The notes below the pieces were generated by a model. The model was given only the letters and a program-made list of their open reading frames with translations, had not been told where the DNA came from and made no database searches. 64,000 bases of DNA from Clostridia bacterium (GTDB lineage Bacteria > Bacillota > Clostridia > Oscillospirales > RGIG7773): assembly GCA_017554835.1 (NCBI GenBank), contig JAFZHO010000039.1, positions 106 to 64,105 on the forward strand, read 5' to 3'. Position 1 is the first letter of the stretch. The number at the start of each line of letters is the position of its first letter. Both the position numbers and the translations under genes were made by a program. Positions 7,467 through 15,571 of the stretch are shown here, in pieces.

Positions 7467-7977
7467 GTCTTTTCAAAAGTATAAGAGAAGCAAAAATCTT
7501 GATAAAATCCCCGATTATAAAGGGTAAAACCGAAGAAGTAAAAGCAAATAGAAGAGGGATTTTTCCAATATTCATATACCAAAGAGCGCCGAAAATATAG
7601 CAGATTAAAAGCCCTGAACCCATTCCCAAAAAATTATAAAAAGGTCGGTTTTTGAATTTTCGGGAAAAGACCCCCGTAATAAAAGCCACGAAAATATACC
7701 CTATAATAAATCCGCCCGTAGGTCCGAATAAAACGGAAGGCCCCGCCATAAATCCGGCAAAAACGGGAATCCCCAAAAAACCAAGAAGAATATATATTAT
7801 AACGCAAATCGAGCCCAAAACCTCACCGAGAAATCCCCCCGCGAGAAAAACTCCCAAAAGGGCAAGATTAAAAGGAATTGAAGAAAAAGGGGTAACGAAA
7901 CTTATCTGCGCGCAGACAGCGATGACTGCCACAAAAAAAGAACATATACAAATTTTATATAATCGTTTATTTTTCAT
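7447..7977 (-). CDS. bioY: Biotin transporter BioY (ECF S component)
   Basis: BioY-type sequence QISFVTPFSSIPFNLALLGVFLAGGFLG...GPTGGFIIGY. The ATG at 7977 overlaps the upstream gene by 11 nt. A TTG at 8025 is an alternative start. Confidence 0.8.
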   Translation of the reverse strand: MKNKRLYKICICSFFVAVIAVCAQISFVTPFSSIPFNLALLGVFLAGGFLGEVLGSICVIIYILLGFLGIPVFAGFMAGPSVLFGPTGGFIIGYIFVAFITGVFSRKFKNRPFYNFLGMGSGLLICYIFGALWYMNIGKIPLLFAFTSSVLPFIIGDFIKIFASLILLKRLDKFIL

Positions 7978-8710
7978 TTGGAATTTCTGCTTTTTGGTAT
8001 AAAAAAGCGTTTCCTTTCTTTCCAATTCGTATAATTACCCCTAAATAATACAAAATGTTTATAGAACATTGGGCAATTTTCTGAGAAAGCTTGAATTTCT
8101 TTTTAAAATCGGCGGTGGTAAAAACCCCGTCAATATCTTTCAGAAGAGAAAGATATTGGGCTAGGTTTTCAAGAGGGATTTCCTCTATTATATTAATAGG
8201 AAGTTTTTTTAGTTTTTTGCCACCCTTTTTTCTGTCCTCGCTATAACCGTCTAAAAGTCGGTATTCCTCAGTATCCAGAAGAATGACCCGAAAAGAGAGG
8301 TTGGGGTTTTTTAAAAAGGGTTTGATTTTATATAACTGAGGAAAAATGAAAAAAGCGTTGCCCTTCTGAGGAGAGATACGCCCTTTTTTAACCTCGGCAG
8401 TTTCGGGGTCTATCCAGCAGATGCGATTGGTTTTTGAAACGGGATAGATTATGGTTACTTTATTTTCTTTTAGAAAATATTCAAGCTTTTTTCGTATAAC
8501 GTTAAAATTTCCCGTCTGAATTTCAAAAATCTCACCGTCAACAACCGCATCGGCGAAAAAACTTCCGATTTTAATTTCCTGATTATTTATATCGGGGGAG
8601 ATATAGTTTTTCAAGATGGCGTGGAGTGGCTTTTCCATAAGCCGACCGATAACGTCCTTTTCTCTTTCGTCCTGCTCCCACTGAGAAAAGGCGCGAAGAA
8701 ATTTATCCAT
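7967..8710 (-). CDS. Hypothetical protein; possible PD-(D/E)xK-like nuclease fold with a C-terminal winged-helix region
   Basis: The segment FADAVVDGEIFEIQTGNF resembles a D...E-x-K/Q nuclease core. The start at 8710 overlaps the ttcA-like stop by 8 nt. I do not confidently recognise a family. Confidence 0.45.
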   Translation of the reverse strand: MDKFLRAFSQWEQDEREKDVIGRLMEKPLHAILKNYISPDINNQEIKIGSFFADAVVDGEIFEIQTGNFNVIRKKLEYFLKENKVTIIYPVSKTNRICWIDPETAEVKKGRISPQKGNAFFIFPQLYKIKPFLKNPNLSFRVILLDTEEYRLLDGYSEDRKKGGKKLKKLPINIIEEIPLENLAQYLSLLKDIDGVFTTADFKKKFKLSQKIAQCSINILYYLGVIIRIGKKGNAFLYQKAEIPNEK

Positions 8711-9431
8711 TTTTCTTGCCCCAGTCGTCAATATCGGCTCTTTCAAGAGCGCCGAAAATCTGCATCCGAAGATTTTTATAGTCTTTTTCAAGAGTTTTCA
8801 AAAGGGTTTTGATTTCTTCTCTCTTTGTTGTTTTATCGGCGGGACAAGCGCTTTGAACCACCTGGATATCTCTTCTTCTGATAAATCCTTTTATATCACG
8901 CTCGTTGGCGTAAATAAGAGGCCTTATAACCGTTAAATCCTTTCGGGAAAGATAAGTAACAGGTTTAAAACAACCGATTCTGCCCTCGTAAAATAGGTTC
9001 ATAACGAAGGTCTCAACCACGTCGTCAAAGTTATGGCCCAGAGCAAGTTTATTGGCGCCAAGTTCCTTGCAGGCATCGTGAAGAGCGCCCCGGCGCATTT
9101 TGGCGCAAAGAGAGCAGGGGTTGGTCTCTTTTCTTTCCTCGAAAATGATTTCGGCAATCTGGGTTTTTTTGATTATATATTGAACGTTAAGTTCCTCGCA
9201 AAGCTTTTTAACGCTATCAAAAGCGTGAGGGTCCTGGTCTTTGAAACCGTTATCAATTGTAACGGCGATGACCTCGTATTTTTTGGGATAGAAAATCCGC
9301 ATATGAGAGAGGGCAGATAAAATGGCAAGAGAGTCTTTTCCCCCCGAAACGCCAACAACGATTCGGTCTCCCTCGGAAATCATATTATAGTTTTCGATTG
9401 CTCTGCGGGTAAAGGATAACATTCTTTGCAT
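8703..9431 (-). CDS. TtcA-family tRNA thiolation PP-loop ATPase
   Basis: PP-loop motif SGGKDS, Cys motif CSLCAKMRRG and a later C-P cysteine, as in TtcA/ATP-pyrophosphatase family proteins. Confidence 0.7.
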   Translation of the reverse strand: MQRMLSFTRRAIENYNMISEGDRIVVGVSGGKDSLAILSALSHMRIFYPKKYEVIAVTIDNGFKDQDPHAFDSVKKLCEELNVQYIIKKTQIAEIIFEERKETNPCSLCAKMRRGALHDACKELGANKLALGHNFDDVVETFVMNLFYEGRIGCFKPVTYLSRKDLTVIRPLIYANERDIKGFIRRRDIQVVQSACPADKTTKREEIKTLLKTLEKDYKNLRMQIFGALERADIDDWGKKNG

Positions 9432-9589
9432 ATTCTATATTTCTCCCATAAAAAGTCTTTTTATATATAATAACTTTTTTTAATAAATAAATCAACCATA
9501 AATTGAAAGTTAGTATTCGGGAGTAAATGAGAGAAAAACGGCGAAAATGAGAGCAATTTAAGAACAGTTTAATTTTTTCAAAAAAAGTG

Positions 9590-9618
9590 TTGACAAAGGG
9601 GAAAAAGTATATTATAAT
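9590..9618 (+). promoter_or_regulatory. Sigma-A type promoter for rplM-rpsI
   Basis: TTGACA, a 17-nt spacer, then TATAAT: a perfect consensus. Confidence 0.7.
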
Positions 9619-9691
9619 CTAATTCGCACCTGTGAAAAGCAGGGATAATTATGTTTAAAATTATGTTTAAATAAACGAAGGAGGACTACCA

Positions 9692-10123
9692 ATGTCAACT
9701 TACATGGCTAAAAAAGAAACCATTAATAGAAAATGGTATATCATTGATGCAGCCGGAAAACCTCTTGGTAGAGTTGCTACTCAGGTTGCAACTATTTTAA
9801 GAGGTAAACATACTCCAGAATTTACTCCAAACGTAGATTGCGGAGATAATGTTATCGTTATCAACTGCGCAAAAGTTGTGCTTACCGGAAACAAACTTGA
9901 GGATAAATATTATTATCGTCATACTGGCTATATCGGCGGCCTTAAATCCGTTAAGTATAAAACCCTTATGGCAAACAAACCCGAAATGGCTATGATGCTT
10001 GCTGTTAAAGGCATGCTTCCAAAGAACTCCATCGGACGTTCAAGCCTAACCAGACTTCGCGTTTATAGAGATGACCAGCACGAGCAGGCAGCTCAGAAAC
10101 CAGAAGTTTGGAATATTGACTAA
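9692..10123 (+). CDS. rplM: 50S ribosomal protein L13
   Basis: N-terminus KWYIIDAAGKPLGRVATQVATILRGKH is a typical L13 sequence. Confidence 0.97.
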   Translation: MSTYMAKKETINRKWYIIDAAGKPLGRVATQVATILRGKHTPEFTPNVDCGDNVIVINCAKVVLTGNKLEDKYYYRHTGYIGGLKSVKYKTLMANKPEMAMMLAVKGMLPKNSIGRSSLTRLRVYRDDQHEQAAQKPEVWNID

Positions 10124-10138
10124 TAGGAGGTTTTAACT

Positions 10139-10537
10139 ATGTACGAGAATAAAGGTTATTTCTACGGTACAGGCAGAAGAAAATCTTCTGTTGCAAGAGT
10201 TAGACTTTTGCCAGGAACCGGTAAAATCACTATCAATAAAAGAGATATCGACGAATATTTCGGTCTTGAGACTCTAAAAGTTATCACCAGACAGCCCCTA
10301 GTTCTAACAGGAACAGAAGGCAAATATGACGTAATCGTAAAAACTGTTGGTGGTGGCGTATCAGGTCAGGCAGGCGCAATCCGTCACGGAATCGCAAGAG
10401 CACTTTTAGTTGCAGATGCAAACTTCCGTCCAGCTTTGAAAAAAGCAGGATTCCTAACTCGTGACCCAAGAATGAAAGAACGTAAGAAATACGGTCTTAA
10501 AGCTGCTCGTCGCGCTCCACAGTTCTCAAAGAGATAA
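10139..10537 (+). CDS. rpsI: 30S ribosomal protein S9
   Basis: [14 protein letters not shown] near the N-terminus and the C-terminal [16 protein letters not shown]. Confidence 0.97.
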   Translation: MYENKGYFYGTGRRKSSVARVRLLPGTGKITINKRDIDEYFGLETLKVITRQPLVLTGTEGKYDVIVKTVGGGVSGQAGAIRHGIARALLVADANFRPALKKAGFLTRDPRMKERKKYGLKAARRAPQFSKR

Positions 10538-10558
10538 TTATTTTATCAGAGAAAATTT

Positions 10559-10590
10559 CAGCACTCACTTTTTGTGGGTGCTGTTTTTTT
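10559..10590 (+). terminator. Rho-independent terminator after rpsI
   Basis: Stem cagcactcac/gtgggtgctg followed by a T7 run. Confidence 0.75.
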
Positions 10591-10676
10591 ATAGCGAAAA
10601 CTACCCTGATTAAGTGCGAGATGCTTTTCATTTGTGAATAAAGCACATATTTTTATATTAATATTATAAAAACATA

Positions 10677-10705
10677 TTGATTTTTTCCATATTTGCAGAT
10701 ATAAT
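10677..10705 (+). promoter_or_regulatory. Promoter for the SLH protein gene
   Basis: TTGATT, a 17-nt spacer, then TATAAT. Confidence 0.5.
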
Positions 10706-10754
10706 CATTATATACACTTTAACTAAATGAAACATTAAAAGGAAGGTGTCCAAA

Positions 10755-13730
10755 ATGAAGAGAATTTTCTCAGCGCTACTTGTTATTTGCATGATTTTTT
10801 CAGTGATGGCAAGTGCAACGGCTCAGGTATTTGCGGTAGATGTTTCTTCTCCGAAGAATATCTTTTATGCAAAATACATAGGCGAAAACGCTGACGGAGA
10901 ATACGAGGGCGAAACCCCCGTTATCGACGGCGTTATTAATCCAAATGAATGGATTGAGTCTGATTTTCAGGCATGGCCAAAAGAAGCAGGAAACGATATT
11001 GCTTTCTATTATGACGAAGAAAATATCTATATCGCAACCAGAATGCTTAACGAAGAAATAAATATTCCGTATTATCCTAACGGCTACCATAGAACAGCGG
11101 ACAGATTTCTTTTATGGATCGATCCATATGATGAGGATAAGGAACCATCTCCCGTTGCAAACTATTTTATGGAATTCCATACTGAATACGTTGAATTGAA
11201 TCAATACGGCAACTATAATACCCATCATTATATAGCCGGTAGTCTTGGACCATCCATTGCTCCCGGGTTAAACTACTACGACGTAGAGTGCAAGGCGAAT
11301 ACTGATGATATCTTCAATAAACTTTACGAAGAATTAGGCGCCAAGGGCTTGAAAGAGCTTATTACTTTTGAGAACGATGAACCTTGGGGATTTGAGGTTC
11401 CAAACGGCGTTTGGGAAGTTGAGTATAAAATTCCTTTCGGACTTATAAATATTCTTGACGTGGAAAACGACGTTATTCGCACCGATACTGAAGACTGGGG
11501 AACATATATTGCTTTCTCAGGATGGCGTCTTGAAACGAAGGACGTATGCAAGGAGCATACTATAACCTTGCCAAACTATTCTGATACTATTCACCATACC
11601 AGTGAATACGTTGCAGGCAGAAATAGAAGATCATTCGATTATGCGGCTTGCTATTTTTCAGATGCAAGACCCGGCGAAAAACCCGCTAACCCAAATAGCA
11701 AAGCATTAGGCGATATTAACCCATCAGGTGAGATTGAAAGATCTATGGAAGAAGCTGACGGATGGGCAAAAGAAAAAATCTCATCAAAAATTACCGTTAA
11801 CGGTAAACTTGACGAGGCAGCTTGGAACCTAAGCAAAACTCCTATCCAGAATCCAAGCAACGAATTTGATTCATATTACGACGTTCAGTGGGATGATAAA
11901 TATCTTTATATCGCAGTAGACACAGGGGACACAAGCGTTTCCACTCCTGAAACACTTAATTTTGATCAATTGAACGAACTACCTATTGCTGAATTTGATA
12001 ATATCAGAATTGATATCGACCCAAATTCATCAAGAGACGGACTTGAACTTTCTGAAAGAGCAATAAGCATCCATCTTCCAAGAGCTGCTCAGGGCGAAGA
12101 AGAATATAAAATCGGCGCCGCAAACGGCAGAAACTGGAACGGTTCCGACTTTATAAAAGGTCTTGCTTTTAACTATGATATGAAGGTCAGATATACTAAC
12201 GCTCTTACCGAAGGCGAATCATGGAAAGCAGAAATTGCTATTCCGTGGGAAATGTTCAATAAAACTCCAAACGCTATCTTCCCAACTACTACTCCTGAAC
12301 TTCTTATCGGGGATGACGTTGAAATCAATATTTCTTATATGAACTCTATCAGAGCAAAAGAGATCCTTTATAACGAAGTGGTTTCAGGGGAAGAAATCGT
12401 TATTGTAACCGAAGAAAATACTATTATTGCTCCCGCTTATAACACGGTTGCTCCTGTTGCTCAGCCATATACTTATAAATTCTTGAGAATGGTAGAGGAC
12501 GAGGGCGAATTCTCAAAAGAAGTTGATGGTTATACCGTAACGTTCAAGGTAGATGATAAATTCCTTGACCAGAATACTTACGGATTAGTATATAGATTTG
12601 ATGCTACGAATCCGGAACAATATTTTGCAAACGTTGAAATCCCCGTTTCATCACTTAACAGACAGAATTACCGTTCATACTATATTGATTTTATAAACGG
12701 TATTCAAATAGAAATTCCATCGGGACTTTTGACCAATAACCTGATTAAAGGTGATAAATCAATTTCTCTTGATGATAAAGTAGTATTCAGTATTAATAAA
12801 TGCGAGGCGTTTTTGGAACCTCACGTTACCGTTGATATTACTATTAACGGCAAACCTATTTACCCCGAAACTCCGTTTAAGTTGACTTACCCACTTGATA
12901 TTAATGCTCCAACAACTGAATATGAAGCTAAGGGACTTGAACTTAGAGATGCAGATGGCCAGGTTTATCCACTTACAAACGTTAAGTTCGTTGATAAATA
13001 TTCAGTTGAAAAAGATCCTTATACAGGAGAAGAATTCAAAACCTGTACAGATAGAAAGTATATCGTTAAAACCACTCTAAGCGGAACTTATGGTATGGCT
13101 ATATACGAAACTTCTGCAAATGATATCGAGGGCTGGTTCAAACCATACGTTGAAAAAGTTATGAAATACGGCTTGATGAAAGGTTACGACGAAGGCGGAA
13201 TCAAATTCAAACCAAATCAGAACATTTCAAGAGCAGAGGTTGCAACTTTAGTTATGAGACTTACTCAGAAATCAGTTGAAATCCCTGAAAACGGCGAAAA
13301 ATTCGTTGACGTTAAAAATAACGACTGGTTCAACACAATAGTTTACAGAGCTAAAGAACTTGGCTTCGTTAACGGCGTTGGAAACGGCAAATTCGATCCA
13401 AACGCTCCTATCACAAGAGGTGACTTCTTCACTCTAATCGAAAGAGCATTGACTAAGATGGATATCGACTTTAAAGATTCTGACCATGCTCTATTCTCTC
13501 AGACGTTCGGTAAAACTGACTATAATATGTTCTCAGAAAACAGAGGCGGTAGATACGCATATGCTTACGCAGGCGCAGTATTCTGCTTCTCAAACGGCAT
13601 CGTAGTTGGTAACGAAGAAGCTCCCGGCCAGTTCTGGATGAGACCTGAAAGAGCTATCACAAGAGCGGAAATCGCTACTTTGGTTGCTAAATTGATGGAT
13701 AACTTCATCGTTCCTCAGGCAAATAAATAA
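10755..13730 (+). CDS. Large secreted cell-surface protein with CBM9/DOMON-like carbohydrate-binding modules and three C-terminal SLH domains
   Basis: Signal peptide MKRIFSALLVICMIFSVMASATAQVFA. CBM9-like segments include VIDGVINPNEW and KITVNGKLDEAAW...WDDKYLYIAV. SLH-type repeats include ISRAEVATLVMRL, ITRGDFFTLIERAL and ITRAEIATLVAKL. Confidence 0.8.
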   Translation: MKRIFSALLVICMIFSVMASATAQVFAVDVSSPKNIFYAKYIGENADGEYEGETPVIDGVINPNEWIESDFQAWPKEAGNDIAFYYDEENIYIATRMLNEEINIPYYPNGYHRTADRFLLWIDPYDEDKEPSPVANYFMEFHTEYVELNQYGNYNTHHYIAGSLGPSIAPGLNYYDVECKANTDDIFNKLYEELGAKGLKELITFENDEPWGFEVPNGVWEVEYKIPFGLINILDVENDVIRTDTEDWGTYIAFSGWRLETKDVCKEHTITLPNYSDTIHHTSEYVAGRNRRSFDYAACYFSDARPGEKPANPNSKALGDINPSGEIERSMEEADGWAKEKISSKITVNGKLDEAAWNLSKTPIQNPSNEFDSYYDVQWDDKYLYIAVDTGDTSVSTPETLNFDQLNELPIAEFDNIRIDIDPNSSRDGLELSERAISIHLPRAAQGEEEYKIGAANGRNWNGSDFIKGLAFNYDMKVRYTNALTEGESWKAEIAIPWEMFNKTPNAIFPTTTPELLIGDDVEINISYMNSIRAKEILYNEVVSGEEIVIVTEENTIIAPAYNTVAPVAQPYTYKFLRMVEDEGEFSKEVDGYTVTFKVDDKFLDQNTYGLVYRFDATNPEQYFANVEIPVSSLNRQNYRSYYIDFINGIQIEIPSGLLTNNLIKGDKSISLDDKVVFSINKCEAFLEPHVTVDITINGKPIYPETPFKLTYPLDINAPTTEYEAKGLELRDADGQVYPLTNVKFVDKYSVEKDPYTGEEFKTCTDRKYIVKTTLSGTYGMAIYETSANDIEGWFKPYVEKVMKYGLMKGYDEGGIKFKPNQNISRAEVATLVMRLTQKSVEIPENGEKFVDVKNNDWFNTIVYRAKELGFVNGVGNGKFDPNAPITRGDFFTLIERALTKMDIDFKDSDHALFSQTFGKTDYNMFSENRGGRYAYAYAGAVFCFSNGIVVGNEEAPGQFWMRPERAITRAEIATLVAKLMDNFIVPQANK

Positions 13731-13745
13731 TTAGATTTTTTAATA

Positions 13746-13779
13746 AAAACAGACGTGCATTGGGGCACGTCTGTTTTGC
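13746..13779 (+). terminator. Rho-independent terminator
   Basis: Stem acagacgtgc/gcacgtctgt followed by a T-run. Confidence 0.75.
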
Positions 13780-13844
13780 TCTATTGACTTATTTTTTTAG
13801 AGGGTTTATAATTTAAAAAAACATATTTAAAGGAGTTTTTAATA

Positions 13845-14564
13845 ATGAAAAGATACCTGGAAAAAGTATTTTCCGATATAAAAATCGACGAGGATATTAC
13901 CTATGCGGTTTTGCCCGGACTTGACGAGCCCCACGAAGAAAGAGAATATAAATTCGACGTTTACTATTCCGAAAGCGATACCGAGAAAAAACGCCGTGGA
14001 ATTATTGTTGTTCACGGTGGCGGATTTTGGGCAGGTGATAAAAAGCAGCCCTATATAGTTACTTTGTGCAATCTTTTTGCTCAATACGGCTACGTTTCTT
14101 TCTCCGTTGATTATAGACTATTTTCAAGAGAAACAAGACCTGAATTTTGCGGCGGAGCTCCCGTTGCGGCAGTTGATATTGAACTTCTTCGTAAATTCCT
14201 TTTCGAAAACGCAGAAAAATTCAATCTTGATACCGAAAACCTTTACATAAGCGGTGGAAGCGCAGGGGGAATGGGTTCTCTTGAAGCCGCAAAATTATAT
14301 AAAGGTTATAACGCCATGGTAAACCTATGGGGAACCTATAAAGATGCTCAGTGTCCGACGGATTTTATACCTACTTTTCTTGTTCACGGAACGGTGGATA
14401 AAGATGTTGACTATAATTTCAGCGTGGAATTTTTCAAAAAACTTAAAGAAAATAATATTCCCTGCGAATTGATTACTCTTGAAGATGCGGGTCATACGGC
14501 TATCCATAGACTTCCCGATTTTGAAGATAAGATGATAAAATTTATGAACGATTTTGCAAAGTAA
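13845..14564 (+). CDS. Alpha/beta hydrolase (esterase/lipase-like)
   Basis: Oxyanion motif HGGGF, nucleophile elbow GGSAGG, and C-terminal HGTVD...DAGH completing the triad. Confidence 0.75.
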   Translation: MKRYLEKVFSDIKIDEDITYAVLPGLDEPHEEREYKFDVYYSESDTEKKRRGIIVVHGGGFWAGDKKQPYIVTLCNLFAQYGYVSFSVDYRLFSRETRPEFCGGAPVAAVDIELLRKFLFENAEKFNLDTENLYISGGSAGGMGSLEAAKLYKGYNAMVNLWGTYKDAQCPTDFIPTFLVHGTVDKDVDYNFSVEFFKKLKENNIPCELITLEDAGHTAIHRLPDFEDKMIKFMNDFAK

Positions 14565-14566
14565 CT

Positions 14567-14599
14567 AAAAAACCCTTCAACAAAAGTTGAAGGGTTTTA
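14567..14599. terminator. Bidirectional terminator hairpin
   Basis: Stem aacccttcaac/gttgaagggtt flanked by A- and T-runs, between convergent genes. Confidence 0.75.
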
Positions 14600-14601
14600 T
14601 A

Positions 14602-14910
14602 TTATTTGCTTAAGCGTTCTGCCGTATTAATTAATATTTCCAAATCCGACGCCGACATATTTCGTGTCAGATTATATAATCTCTGCACAAGCTGAGGTTC
14701 AATAACGTCTTCATCAAAAAACTCTTTTGGCGTTACTCCAAGATATTCGCAAATATAAAGTAATTCACTCAATGACGGCAGAGACCTGCCGGAAGATATG
14801 CTTTGAATATAGCTTTTACTATGTCCAAGGTCGGTGCTCATTCTATATTCAGATATATTCTTTTTTATTCTTAATGCAGATATACGCTCCCGAATAAATT
14901 GCAAATCCAT
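14602..14910 (-). CDS. XRE-family helix-turn-helix transcriptional regulator
   Basis: HTH_3-type N-terminus (IRERISALRIKKNISEYRMSTDLGHSKSYIQSISSG...LSELLYICEYLGVTPKEFF). The ATG at 14910 follows RBS GAGGTGG. Confidence 0.8.
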   Translation of the reverse strand: MDLQFIRERISALRIKKNISEYRMSTDLGHSKSYIQSISSGRSLPSLSELLYICEYLGVTPKEFFDEDVIEPQLVQRLYNLTRNMSASDLEILINTAERLSK

Positions 14911-14945
14911 TATTACCACCTCTTTTTATTATTTTATAATGATTT

Positions 14946-15010
14946 TAGCGGTAATATTCACGATAAAACTACCGATTATAATTGATATTTACCGTTAATA
15001 GCGGTATAAT
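14946..15010. promoter_or_regulatory. Divergent control region with four CGGTA/TACCG half-sites overlapping the promoter of the SLOG-like gene
   Basis: tagcggta at 14946-53 and 14999-15006; taccg at 14970-74 and 14990-94. The palindrome TACCG-N7-CGGTA (14990-15006) overlaps the -10 TATAAT (15005-10). The -35 TTGATA is at 14982-87. Confidence 0.45.
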
Positions 15011-15053
15011 TGTAATTAAATTATAACAATACGCAGTAATGAGGTGGGGGAAT

Positions 15054-15530
15054 ATGTTCGACGTATACACGGTTGCTTTTTTCGGACATAGATATATTGA
15101 TAATTTCTTAAAAATTGAAAAACTTCTTGAAAAACATATCAGAAATATCCTGAATGAAAAGCAATACGTAGATTTTTTAGTTGGCAGAAACGGAGATTTT
15201 GACCGAATTGCCGCTTCCTGTGTCCGACGTATTCAAAAGAATTTCAGAAACGATAACAGTTCTTTAACTCTTGTTTTGCCATACCGCCTTGCTGAATATG
15301 CTAATAACGAGAAATATTTTCAAAATTATTATTCCCATATTGAAATTTCATATAATGCTTCAATTTCTCATCCGAAATCCGCAATACAAATACGGAACAA
15401 GGAAATGGTTGACAGAGCCGATTTAATTATATTTTACGTGGAGCATAATCACGGCGGCGCATATAAAACCCTCAGATATGCCATCGGACAAAAAAAGCAA
15501 TTTATTAACCTTAAAGATTATATAACATAA
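15054..15530 (+). CDS. SLOG-fold / YpsA-like (DUF1273-like) protein
   Basis: Pattern VAFFGHR...VGRNGDFDRIAA...RNKEMVDRADLIIFY resembles the YpsA/DUF1273 SLOG family. RBS GAGGTGGGGG precedes the ATG at 15054. Confidence 0.4.
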   Translation: MFDVYTVAFFGHRYIDNFLKIEKLLEKHIRNILNEKQYVDFLVGRNGDFDRIAASCVRRIQKNFRNDNSSLTLVLPYRLAEYANNEKYFQNYYSHIEISYNASISHPKSAIQIRNKEMVDRADLIIFYVEHNHGGAYKTLRYAIGQKKQFINLKDYIT

Positions 15531-15540
15531 GAAGACAATA

Positions 15541-15568
15541 AAAACCCTCGGATTTCTCCGAGGGTTTT
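15541..15568. terminator. Bidirectional terminator hairpin
   Basis: Stem aaaaccctcgga/tccgagggtttt between convergent genes. Confidence 0.75.
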
Positions 15569-15571
15569 ATA

